Notes: generated by a model from the sequence alone, not told the origin. 64,000 bases of DNA from Euglena gracilis (GCA_039621445.1 CP154954.1:8310634-8374633), one strand, 5' to 3'; shown: positions 35,901-47,708, numbered from the stretch's first letter. Numbers and translations are program-made.

Positions 35901-38900
35901 TCCCTTTTCCGTCTTCGTCCCATTCAGGTCGAAGAGGGAGGTATTCTTGTGGGAGTTGTTGTTTAGGGTTGAATATATTGTAGATTTCCAGAGCATAGGA
36001 CACCCATGCTCTCCATTGGAATGTCTGCATGTGCAGAAGCATTTGTCGGTGGTTTCGTCTGGCGTATCCGATTTCCCTGACTTCGAGGCGATTGTGGTAG
36101 ATGTGTCCAAGTAGTCTTCGTTGTTGTTGGGCCTCCGCCCATTCGCGTTGGTGGGGCTGCGCCCTTTGTGCGTTTGGGCGGTCGGTTGTCCGACCGCGCA
36201 CGCCAAAGCCCCAGAAGTCCACGGGGAACTTGTGGTGGCAGTGGGTGCACCAAAGCACGAATTTTTGTGGGTATGTCAGGTCGATTCCGACCACTTGGAA
36301 GTTGGGGCCGTAGTGTTCGTTGAGGAACATTTGGTAGTTGTAACATAACATTTCGTGTGCCACCAATTGTATATCCTTTGGAAGAGGGAATACTTCCCAT
36401 TGTATGCCTTGTGGTCCGATTTCTCGGATATTGTCGAACATTGTCTTCAGTGCGTCAAGGAACGATTATCATCCGTATTGTAGCTTTGGATATGGCAAGT
36501 AGTGCGCTTGGCTGGCGGGCATTGCAAATGAACCGAAGTTCATGCAATGAAATCCGAGCCAGAAAAGTAGTTGCCAGAAACCCGGCAAATTGTCGATGCC
36601 ATCCTGGCTTTCGTAACAGGAGATTGTACCGTCGAAGAAAAAGCCACGGGCTTTTTCCTTGTAGAGTTTGACCATGTTGTGATGTACTTCAGGAGCAACA
36701 ACCCAAGGGTGTTGTTCCTCATACTACTTGTGCATAATTGTATCACATCCGTCTGAGATCCAGAACAGATGGTCAATCATAAATTGTACGTCCAGGTCGT
36801 AACCCGGTTGTGAGCCTTCGCTCTTTCCTTTGCCTTTCTGGCCTTTTCTGTCCTTTTGCGACTTCGCGCTCTTGTTCGTTCCAACGGTATGCACCGTCTT
36901 TTCGGTATGCTCGAGTTTTTCTCCACATTGTAACAGTTACACCTGCGGTGTAGTGTCCAGGAATGTCATCAGAGGGTTTGTCTGGTCGCATTTGATGATA
37001 GATTTCTTGTAATGATCGTTGAACGTTGGACGGGATCGGCAAGCCATCATTGTCCTGACGATCACGTTGCGCCTGCGCGCTTTGTGGATCGTCGTCCAAA
37101 CGACGACGTTGTGTGTCTGGCGTTGGACGTGTTTGTGGTGGTGTCGCAAACTCCGGTCCACGTGGACGTTTGCGCGCGTCAACGTTGTATGGTTTTGCTG
37201 GGGCCGTCAAATGTTGTAGAGCTTCCTTGTAGGTGGCGCGTTGTGCTGGCGACTCAAACCTGGGTTGACGTCGAGAAAGGTTGTCCCGGTTCAACAGGTG
37301 GTTGTGTCTGTCCAGCCGAAGCCGGTTGTGAAGGTGTTGTGACAGGAGGTGCTCGAACAGGAATTGTAGATTGTGCGGGTGCATTTGCACGTGCCGACTG
37401 CGCGTCTTGAGCAGGGGGTCCTGTTCGTTGTATAGGTACAGGTTGGTTTGAACCTGCTGCCGATGCGGCAGGCGGAATAGATGTTGATTGTGCAGTCGAA
37501 ACTGCTTGTACCGGTTTTGTTTGTGGTGCCGGAGTAGGTTGAGCTACTGGCGGCACGAGATTTGACGCCGAAGCGAGTTGTTCCATTGGACCAGGTGGAT
37601 GTGGTGGCGCATTCACACGCAAAACTTCGGGTAGTGCCCAGGTGGGTATACCCAAAATTTTGGAGTTTGGACCAATGCCATCCATTATCACTCCTTTCAC
37701 GTTGATGGCTCCCTAATGGGATCCAAGTTCGTAAATTTTGTCAAGGGGAAGGTACTGTTCTCCTTTGGTTGTGTAAGCGAAATCCGCAGATTGTGGTACT
37801 CGTTCATAGTGAATATTGTCCACTACGGGACGCAGGGGATTTTCTCCGACAACCCGTATCGCTGTCGGTTCCGGCAGCGGCACGGCGGGAGTTGTCGGTG
37901 GTTGCGGTTGAGATTGTACCGATGGTTGAGTTTGTACGGGTTGTAGTGGTTGGGGAGCTGGCTGAGGTTGTTCGTCAGTTTCCATGGTAGACTCCGGCTC
38001 TGGTTCTGCCGTTGTATACTCGTCATAAGGCTCTTCGGCCATCTCGTCGGGATAGTTGTCGTATGACTCTTCGGCCTGCATAGCGTACTGTGATTGCATA
38101 CCAGCCTCCCAGTTCCGGGCAGGTGGCATGTGTGGGGGAGAGGAAAAACGTTGTTGTGGTAAGTATATTGGTTCTTGCATTTGTACATCACCCATCTCAC
38201 TTTCTGTGAGTTCAGGAGTATAACGGCGCATGTGTTCGGCGTAAGCACCCACGGGGTGCACTCCGCGGAGCACAGGCGGGACCAGGACTCCCAGGTCCCT
38301 GAGGGTTACGTTGTCTGGAAATCCGGATTCACCGGGTTTGAAGAAGATTCTACCCGCTATCGTACTCTGGGACCACATGTCCCAGGTGGCGATAGGCTTG
38401 TTGGCGATTGCAAGCAATTGTCGGCAGTACGAATCCCACATCACTCGGATGAAGGGATCCGGTCTGTCCTCTGCGCACATGCGCAGAGCGTTACGAATTG
38501 TATCTGTTGAAGCCGTTGTCAGTTCACCCATGTACTTGGGGAACCGAGGCATAACGGGAGCGGCATACTGCCTTTGTGGAGGTTCTGGTTGTGTGGCATA
38601 CTGCCCTTGTGAGGGTTGTGCGGTTTACTGCCCTTGAGGAAGTTGTGCGGCATACTGCCCTTGTGGCGGTTGTGTGGGGTAATAATGACTACGTAGTTGT
38701 TCAGCCCATTGTCGTTGTTCAGATTGGATATATTGTTGTTCTACCGCCGCAAAAGCAGCGCGTTGGCTACTGCTACTGGCCAGATCGTATCTCCTTGGGG
38801 CCGCTGTTGCGGCACCGCAAACTGTTCACAGGCAGATTCCGTTTGTTGTGGAATCCTAGGTTGAGATTGTATGCCACCAAGTGTCGTTTGTTCTGGAGCA

Positions 38901-39169
38901 ACATGCGGAACCGCATGTTGAGTCACAGGGGGCTTTGCCACTACGGACCTTGCTGCCGGAGCAGCTTGTAACGGAGGGGCTGCCACTACGGGCCTTGCTG
39001 CCGAAGCAGCTTGTACATGCCGAACAGGGACTTGCTCTCCACGAGGGAGTGCAAGTCCTCGTCCTCCCGAAGGAGGTTGTGGGTGAGGGGGTCCTCCCGT
39101 AGGAGGTTGTCCAGGGGGAACATACGGTTGGGAGGATGGAGGACCAGGTCCCCTTCCTCCAGCATCCAT
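33000..39169 (-). pseudogene. Element A large extra 3' ORF (Pro/Gln-rich with Cys/His motifs; frameshifted)
   Basis: Near-continuous chain of sense-strand ORFs from MDAGGRGP (39169) to near the PPT; includes CTVC..HVC..H..CGDC..CVNC. Confidence 0.65.
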
Positions 39170-39496
39170 CTTGAAAAAAAAGTAGATAGTAGCAAGTGCT
39201 GAGCTGTGGGGAAACAGAGAAATAAGGCATTGTACGGTAACATTGTACGCATGCAACGAAGTGCACACAAACACAAAAATATTTGCATGTGTGCAATAAT
39301 TGTAAACGAAAATTGCAGCTCCCAGTGTAAAAATCGGTTTTCGCTAAAGGACCGTAGTCCTTTAGCGAAAAGTCCTTCGCTAGGGACAAAATGGTTTGGC
39401 ATTCGCCCATTGTACATTTTCGCATCCGCCCATTATACATTTTGTCGAAAGTCCATGCTATGGACAAAATCTTGGACATCTTTGTATATCCTTCCT

Positions 39497-39594
39497 TAGA
39501 AGGTATTTACAGAAATGTTAATGTTGTCTCGTTTGTTCCATAGCTTCCAGTCTTGCTGGATGTAACCAACAAAACTAGTTGCTGGTTCCCAAGT
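39497..39594 (-). pseudogene. Element A chromodomain C-part and pol stop
   Basis: TWEPATSFVGYIQQDWKLWN...TAA; completes WKGYGPEEG|TWEP. Confidence 0.85.
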
Positions 39595-41134
39595 TGTGGC
39601 ATTGGACATGTCCCTACCTTTCAGATAAATTAGGACTGAGTGCGCGCGCTGCACACTGTAAATTCTGTTTTTTCTGTTCAGTCAAACCTCATGAGTTGAT
39701 TGCTGGGCCGTTGGGTCGTGGCCCCCTGGCATATATCTGTACCATGGGACTGACTGGGGATTTGGAGATTTGAGTTTTGCGCTGTGGTTGAAGTTTGAAA
39801 ATTTGAAGTGGAATTGGCCTGCCAATGGGGCGGAAGGCAAAGCCCAAGGCAAAGGCAAAACCCAAGGCGAAGCCGCAGCCAGCCAAACAGGGGGCCCGGG
39901 GTCGGGCGGCAGAAAAGGTGTGGATTGCGAAGAGAGCCGCCACCCCGGCGCCGCCCCTGTTTCACAATCAACTCGCCTGTGACGACCAGTCAGATGACAC
40001 AGTGGAGCATGCTGGACTGGTGCATGCACCAGTGGGACATTCTGGCGCTGGAATTGGTCAACATGTTCAAGATGTACATTCCGGTCATTTGGGCCATGCC
40101 GCAGATGCACATGGGGTGCATGCTGCAGATGCCGCAGATGCACATGGGGTGCATGCTGCAGAGGCCTCACATGCACATGGGGTGCATCTTGGGGGTGGCC
40201 TGACTGGAGATGCAGATGACAGAGGTGTACATGCAATGGCGGCCAGGTCAGGGCAGATGGTGGATGCCCTGGCCCGGCATGCTGAAGTTGGGCATGAGGG
40301 GGGCACGACCCGGCCATGTACAACCGCTCAGGGTTTGGCCACTCAGAAAGCCGGTTGTGCTTCGGCCGCCGAGAAAGGGTCCCCCAGCAGAGCTTAGGCC
40401 GCTGTGGGGACATGCAGCATTGAGCATGAAGGCATTGCGCATTACGACATTGGGCATTCCGACATCGAGGATGACGGCATTGGGAATGTCGACATCGAGG
40501 ATGACGGCATGGGACATGCAGCTGCAGACCCCAACAGTGCTCCGGCCGTTCGGGCGATGGAGATACAAACCGCCAGCCGCGCTGCGGCCGCTGGGGTCCC
40601 TAGGTTCTCCAATGTGGGTGATGGTGATGTACCGATGGAGATCCAAACCCCCAGCTGTGCTTCGGCCGCGGGGGTCCCTGAGTTCTCCGTCCTGGCGTGA
40701 TTGGGGTCCCGCCTGGAGAAGGACGGAAGTGTGATGGATTTTGCTGGGCTGATCTTGGATGCCACTGTGGGGTGAGTGGCGGCCAGCCCAATCTGGGAGG
40801 CCAAGACATCTCCGAAGGACCAGCTGGAAGCAGTGCATCGTCGCCGAGGGCGGAGGCTACGCCGGCGGCAGTGGATGAGTCCATAGCGGAGTCTCGACGA
40901 CTGGCCGTGCGGTACGAGCGAGAAGCCCGAGTTCGACACAGGGATGCGCTGTCGGAGATGAGGCCGCTGACGGAGACGGAGAAGCAAAAGAGGCGGAAGG
41001 ACCGCCTGCTCCACCACCAGGGACGGTGGGAGTGAGGAGGAGTGGCCGAACCGAAGAGGCGGCCCGGGTAACGGGCGAAGAGTCCGCCCCGCCAGCCCTC
41101 CCGTTTAGAGTTGGCCTGCATTTTGGGTTCCCCT

Positions 41135-42210
41135 CCTGGTGGGTTACGACCCCAGGTTGGGGGTGATGCGGGTTTTGGGGAATTACGAGTGACAAATGAC
41201 CCATCTGGTGTGTTTCGACCCCAGGTGGGGGGGGTTATTGTTTCGTATGTTGAGTGTGATAAATGACCCATCTGGTGTGTTTCGACCCAGGTTGGGGGGC
41301 ACATTACTGTTTCCGGCATGAGATGAGATGACCCATCTGGTGTGTTTCGACCCCAGGTTGGGGGGGCACATTACAGTTTTCGGAATGAGATGAGATGACC
41401 CATCTGGTGTGTTTCGACCCCAGTTTGGGGGGTACATTACCATTTTGGGAAGGAGATGAGATGACCCATCTGGTGTGTTTCGACCCCAGGTGGGGGGGTA
41501 CATTACCGTTTTTTGGCCCCTGGTGAGTTACGACCCCAAGGGACGCCTGGCCCGGTGACATTGTTGGTTTGATGGTCGAAGGTGTCCCGTCCTCCCCCTT
41601 GGCTGTAATGCCCTGGTGGGAATGTTGGAGGCCTGCCCTGGAAGTGGTGGGTTTGTTTTGACGGTTCAAGTTTCGACATTGGACATTACCATATTTTGAC
41701 ATTGGACCACGATCGTTGCCTTATCGCCTTTGTTTTTCAGCCTGGAACCCAGTGAGTCTCGACCCTGGGGGTGGGAGGCTTTTAGATTCGGAGAGAGTGC
41801 GAGAGTTTTGTGGGTTCATGGCCCCAGGCCCCTCACCCGCTGAGTTTCGACCGCGGGGTGGGGGGGTATTTCCAGTTTTGAGTTTTCTTTTTTTTCAGAG
41901 AATTCCAACCCGGACCTGTCACCCGCCGAGTTTCGACCGCGGGGGGGGGGGCAGCCTTCTTTTTGATGATGTTCGGGTTGGAGCCTTTCCATTCGAATTC
42001 CATTCATGGGGGGTTTTGGGCCCGAGCCCCCACCCGCTGAGTTTCGACCGCGGGGGGGGGCGTTTTCAGTTTTGGAATTTTCAGTTTTCAGTACAAGGCC
42101 CTGGGGCCCCCGCCCGCCGGTTTCGACCGCGGGGGGGGGGGCAGATTTATGTTTTCGGTGCGCTTTGGCCCCGGTGGCCCCCCAGTTGAGTTTCGACCAC
42201 GGGGTGGGGG
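41135..42210 (+). repeat. Array of ~13 related stem-loops in element B
   Basis: Core TGWGTTTCGACC enclosed by complementary flanks; five ~63-bp tandem units followed by dispersed copies. Confidence 0.85.
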
Positions 42211-42480
42211 GGTGGAGGAGGACATGTCCAACGACCAAGGGAGTCAAGTATGGAGACTGGGTCTCCTTTTGGGAAGGGGAGTGTGGCATTGGACATGTCC
42301 CTACCTTTCAGATAAATTAGGACTGAGTGCGCGCGCTGCACACTGTAAATTCTGTTTTTTCTGTTCAGTCAAACCTCATGAGTTGATTGCTGGGCCGTTG
42401 GGTCGTGGCCCCCTGGCATATATCTGTACCATGGGACTGACTGGGGATTTGGAGATTTGAGTTTTGCGCTGTGGTTGAAG

Positions 42481-43471
42481 TTCCTCTGCATGGATTTTCT
42501 TGAACTTGAACCTTGCAAAGGAACAGATGACGAAATTTACGATTACGTTCTTGTTGTCGTCTGTCGGCTGAGTCGGTACATTGTAGCCATTCCATGCCAC
42601 AAAGCAGGGTTGACAGCACAAGTTTTAGCACAAATGTTTTTAGAAAGATGCATTTGCCTCATGGGTTTACTGAATTGAATCGTGAGTTATCAAGACCATT
42701 TGATTTCTTCTCGATTTTTTACAACTCTTTGCGGTTTACTCGGAATTGAGCAGCATTTTTCTATCATTTATCGTCCAAAAGGCAATGGTCGCGCTGAATC
42801 GGCAGTGAAAGCTGTAGTCAACATGCTACGACTTCAACTGGCCGAATCGCACAATGCCTGGCTACAAGTATTACCCTGGTGTTTGTTTTATATTAACACT
42901 TTACCGGGGGTGGTACTACAATACTCACCGTACAAGATCGTCTTCGGACGTGATCCCCCAGCCATTGGCGACATCCCGTGAGAACGACCTGCTCGTTCTA
43001 GCGTGAGTTGCGAAACATGGTTCTCTGAAGTAGAATCATTGCGCACGGATGTGCAAAAGCGCGTAGTCGCTATACACTTACAAAAACAAAAACAATTCTT
43101 ACAGGATTGCAAATCACCGATATACAACCCAGGTGACCGCGTGTGGGTTAGGAACACTAGAACCCGCATGCAATCCACGAAGTTGGACCCCCTCTGGATC
43201 GGACCATGCGAGATCCTCGATCGGTTGAGTACAAGTGGGCGCTACAAAGTCGCTTTACCCAACGGTGTCGAGGATGTGCACATGGATGACTTTAAACCAT
43301 ACCTGACTCCACCAAACGGTAAAGCCATACCCTGTCTCTACTTCAAACCAAGGTCAAAACTGCCTGAGACAGATGATTTTGTCGTTGACAAAATCCTCGA
43401 CCACAAAGTAGACAGAGGTATACATTACTGGAAAGTACGGTGGAAAGGATATGGTCCCGAAGAGGGCACTT
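42481..43471 (+). pseudogene. Element A integrase core, GPY/F-like region and chromodomain N-part, inverted relative to the rest of A
   Basis: CMDFLEL, YRPKGNGRAE, KLDPLWIGP, FVVDKILDHK..YWKVRWKGYGPEEG. Confidence 0.9.
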
Positions 43472-43632
43472 TGAAACAGGGGCGGCGCCGGGGTGGGGGC
43501 TCTCTTCTCAATCCACAGCTTTTCTGCCGCCCGACCCCGGGCCCCCTGTTTGGCTGGCTTCGGCTTCGCCTTGGGTTTTGCCTTTGCCTTGGGCTTTGCC
43601 TTCCGCCCCATTGGCAGGCCAATTCTACTTCA

Positions 43633-43944
43633 TTTGGTACGGGGAAGAAGTCCATCGTACCAGGGGGGGCTACCTCTGCGCGGATTCACAGCTTGGCAAA
43701 TTTGGCACCGTTGCGAAATTTGTAAACAGCGCTTATACAGACCTTTTTTGGTCAGGGTTGTACAGTACCTGCGACCCACCAAAGAAAGAAGTTTGGGGGC
43801 CCCAGGGTGACCTTGGTTGTGATAACATAAAAGTACGTCATCAACCAAGTCACAGGGTATGCAGTACTGGTAACCGGTACCATTCCAAAAAATCAAACGT
43901 AAAGGCGACAAGGTATAATTCGTAACCAATTCACCATTACGCAA
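43633..43944 (-). pseudogene. Element A integrase zinc-binding (HHCC) domain
   Basis: HNQGHPG...CQICQ. Confidence 0.85.
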
Positions 43945-44064
43945 TCTTTGTACGACAGCATTGTAAAAATCATCTTCGAAAAAAGAGAGGGGATGGAGAT
44001 TCTGATCGCGTGACCCGGCGGGGGCCCGGCATTCTGCCGCGTTGTCATTTTCCCCGTACGGGGG

Positions 44065-45640
44065 CTATTGACATCCGCCGCCAAATCCGCGAGACAGGAA
44101 AATTGTCAAAAGTAGGTTGTCAGCGGCGTCTGCGCGTCTTGCGTATTCGTCGGCTTCGCGACTTCCGTGGAACGTGGCATCACCCTCGTCAGGGTTACCA
44201 GGGTAATGCCAGGGTGCACGTGAAAGTGGGTCTGCGACTTTTTGAGTATGACCTGGTGTGTAAGCTACCACCAGGTTGAATTGACTCAAAAATTCGTGCC
44301 ATCGGCATCCTCGGCCAACTGAGGACACGGCTTTGTTCAAGTCTTCGGTTAGCAGTGTTGGAGAGACTCATGGTCTGTCAACACTAGTATTTGTACGAGT
44401 GAACTGGCGACCCAACTTCGGAATTTTTGTAGGATAAGGACAATGGCATACGTCTCCTTTTCTCGTATGCTCCATTTGACTTGTTTCTCTTCCGTCTTCA
44501 CCTTGTAGCTTTCTGCTGAAGAATGCTACAGGGCGCAGTTCATTGGACGAGTTATGTTGACTCAACACACCGCCGACAGCATAGTCACTGCTGTCCACCT
44601 CAAGTACGTATGGTTTGTACGGGTCGGCAATGTCAAGTACAACGTTGTCCAACATCAGTTGTTTAATTGTCGTTAGTGATTCTCTCATTGTATCATCCCA
44701 TTGTATCTTTGTGTTGTCAGGAGCGCGATTTTTGAGTTGCCGCGTCAGAGGTACCGCGATTTTCGCGAAATCCTTCATGTAAATCGCGTAATACTGCGCT
44801 AAACCCAAAAATCCTTTTAAATGGGTGATTGTGTTGATTTTTTCAGGTGTCCACGTCTTTATAGCTTCGAGTTTGCTTGGAGATGCTCTCCTTTGTCCGT
44901 TACTAAGAATGTGTCCACAAAATTTTATCGTTTCGCGAAACAAATGCATTTTCGCACCTTTGACGAAAAGCAAATGTTTTTGAAATGTTGTCAGTACGGA
45001 ACGGATATCGCGGTAGTGAATATCAAGGATATCACTACCCGAATTTGTAAGTGGAGGCGGTGTGCCTATCAGCACGTCATCAATGTATACCATTGCAAAC
45101 GGTGAGTCTCGCAAAATCCATTGTATCATTCTTTCGAACATGGATGGGCCATTCTTAACACCCATTGGTAACACCGTCCATTGGTAAACTCCACGAGAGG
45201 TTACAAATGCGGTGTATGGTTGTGAGTCAGGGTGTAAGTGCATCTAATGAAAACCACCTTCTAAGTCGAAAATCGACCAGAGGCGGTTTTCCACTTGTTT
45301 TGTAATCAGGTCTTCGATAAGCGGTAACGGAAATGGATCGTCTTTTGTCTGTGAGTTCAAGTATCGGTAATCCAGCACAAGTCTCCACTTCTTCTCTCCA
45401 GAAGCATCGGGAGGCTTGGGTACAACAAAAGCTTGTGAGGTCCACTCGCTTTTGAGGGTATGATCCATTTTCGTTCAATCAGTTTTTTGATCATTGTATT
45501 GAGAGCTTGTTCTCTTTCGCCTGAACAGCGAAAGAGTTTTCGGTGCATGGGCTGTGCACCTTCTTTGAGTTCGATTTTACAGACACCAAAAGGTCCGCGA
45601 ATTGCAGGATCTATGTCATGGGCATAGATAGGATGTTCTA
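44065..45640 (-). pseudogene. Element A reverse transcriptase and RNase H (disrupted)
   Basis: WRLVLDYRYLN, FDLEGGFH, LPMGVKNGP, YIDD, VDSSDYAVGGVLSQ, VADPLSR. Confidence 0.93.
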
Positions 45641-45819
45641 AATCATCACTGAATTCGCGATTGATCTTTGTACATAGTTCTTGTGATTTGGGATGTTGAC
45701 CACCGCTTTCTATCACTGCGGATAGTTGGTATATTTGGTCATTCTGACCTTTATCTCGTAGGAATTTGTCAATGTGGTCTTTTTCCCGTAGGAATTTGGC
45801 AGTGTGGTCGACAGTTCCG

Positions 45820-46165
45820 AATGCATCAAAGAAACAAACACGAAAAACGATTTCTTTCAATGGTGGTAACATGACACCGCAAAAATCTTCAAACAAAGGG
45901 GTATCATTCGGTAAATCCCACCACTGAAAAGTGACATACGTCAATTGTTGGAACCATTCCGCTTCGGGATTTATAGCAATCAGTAGCACACCGCGTGCTT
46001 GATCCCGAAGGATCTTGTCAACGACAAGACGGTTAAGTTTCAGAGGTGGATGTAGCCACAGGACCACATCACCCCAAAACTCATCAAACACATTTGTATG
46101 GCTTGACCAGTAATTGGATAATCGAGAATGTGCTTTGGACGAAAATGTCCATCGACTTCGCGATT
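45820..46165 (-). other. DAM-like N6-adenine methyltransferase domain within gypsy pol
   Basis: VD.FSS..HSRL..YWS...NVF..FW....LWLHPP...LVVDKI..DQARGVLL......WFQQL aligns by eye to the DIRS MT domain (DLFAS..N..L..F...YANPPW..I...L.....LMV.P.W...WWPQL). Confidence 0.7.
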
Positions 46166-47129
46166 TGTGCGATTTTGGAAAACCAGGTTTCCAAAATGCG
46201 GTATTGTCCAAAATTGAACGCATTTCAGATGCGGTTCGCGACAACTGTTGCGGTTTCAGTCCTATGGAGGGTTGAAACACAGTTTACCGAGCCACATCGG
46301 TAATACGTGGTGTCCGAAGACACTTCATCAGGCATTATACCAGGTGTATCAGGTGTATTGTGTAGAGGACAATTGTCGTTGGCATTCTGCCAGTTGTATG
46401 CAGGGACATTGGAGGGGTTGGCATTCTGCCATTCGGGGTCAGAGAGATTGGCTTTCTGCCATTGGACGTCCTGTTGTGCGATTCTCGCGATTCCGAACAG
46501 GGACGCGATTCCGCGTTTGTCCAATTGTTGATGTACTTCAACACACAACGGGTAACAACCCGGTGTGTTGTGTTCTCGTTCAGCGGCCAGGGTAAACTTG
46601 GTACCGGTTCCGGTATCAAGTATCCTCTTGTTGTTGTGTAAAGCGATTAGTTTGGAAGGTTCAACAATACATCCACAGTCGAAATCAGGTTGTGTGGAAA
46701 TTCTCCGGCAATGTGCGCATTGGTAGAAAGTGTCGGTCTGGTAATACCTGTCAGTCACGTGTAGTGTGTTCATGGGGGTGTTGGAAGTTGTAGCTGCTGG
46801 GGGGTGTACAGGGGTGTCCGAAATCGACGCACGTTGTGCAGCTGGGCGGCTACTCGACACCAAATTTGTTCAGGTCTTTGGGCTTTCGCCTTGGAACCCA
46901 GTGAAACGTGGGGGGTTAAGCTACTCGATTCCCCTACCGCATGGGAAACGTGCGGTATAAGTGTGATGGGCAGGGGGGCAGCTTTCTCTTTACCCCTAGG
47001 GTAGGAACCGGTGTTTTCGGTTGTAGAAAATGTTGTGGCCAGGCGGGGGGACATCTGGGGAGATGTCATGGGGGAGAAGTTCGGTGGTGTGGGTTGTGTG
47101 CGTGAAGTAGTGCGCAAACCGAGGGAGGG

Positions 47130-47708
47130 GCAATCCACAATAAGGCGGTTCTGAACCAAGAACGGAAAACCCAAAATTACGTCAGAGCCGCGAATACCCG
47201 ATTCGTAACTCCAGGTACCCAGAAAATTTTGTATGTGCGGGGGGTGTGAGTGGTGCTTGGGGATGATGGGGAGGAGTATGTCCAAAAAGCATCCCAAGTC
47301 ACCACCACACATGGGGCTGTTGTCAGCAGTCATAATTTTGATGGGGTACTTGGCTTTCACCAAGAGGGAGTTGGGAATTAATCACGTTCGAAAGAGAAGG
47401 GGGATTCGACACCCTGTGTTGACCAAAATTTTGCATTTGGTAGAAAAATTTTGTGTTCGGATTTCCGCTTGGACTAAAAGTTCCATGGGGGGTACGCGAA
47501 GTGCAGGATCCGGTGTAAAATTGTTGTCTCTCCAACTATTCCAGGATCCTGTTCCTACTTTGCTCAGCATCCCAGGCAGAAATTTGGAGTGGGGGGTGGG
47601 GGACCCGAAAATTTTCCGGGCACCGACCAAAAAGGCAGATGGGCAGGGTAAGTAAGGTTGATCAGGTCCTACTTCCGTCTGTTCATCAGCCCAGAGGTCC
47701 GTGCCCAC
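47130..47708 (-). pseudogene. Element A aspartic protease
   Basis: ILVNTGC (ILVDTGC in element C) and DVILGFPFL. Confidence 0.85.

Larger units (their letters stand above)
39595..43632 (+). mobile_element. Small non-autonomous LTR retrotransposon B nested in A's chromodomain (3' LTR split by the inversion)
   Basis: 5' LTR 39595-39964 (TG..CA); 3' LTR 42282-42482 plus inverted remainder 43472-43632; PPT GGGAAGGGGAG at 42271-42281; 4-bp TSD AAGT (39591-39594; ACTT at 43468-43471); no RT or IN of its own. Confidence 0.88.

Noticed and set aside
33000-39169. env gene interpretation of the 3' ORF
   Set aside because: No signal peptide, transmembrane segment or fusion-protein pattern visible.
41210-42200. 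TTCGA motifs as tRNA genes or Pol III B-boxes
   Set aside because: No cloverleaf or A-box spacing, and the motif deviates from GTTCRANNC; better explained as UUCG tetraloops.
41135-42210. CRISPR-like repeat/spacer appearance
   Set aside because: Eukaryotic LTR-element context, no cas genes, irregular spacer lengths, and early spacers are homologous to each other.
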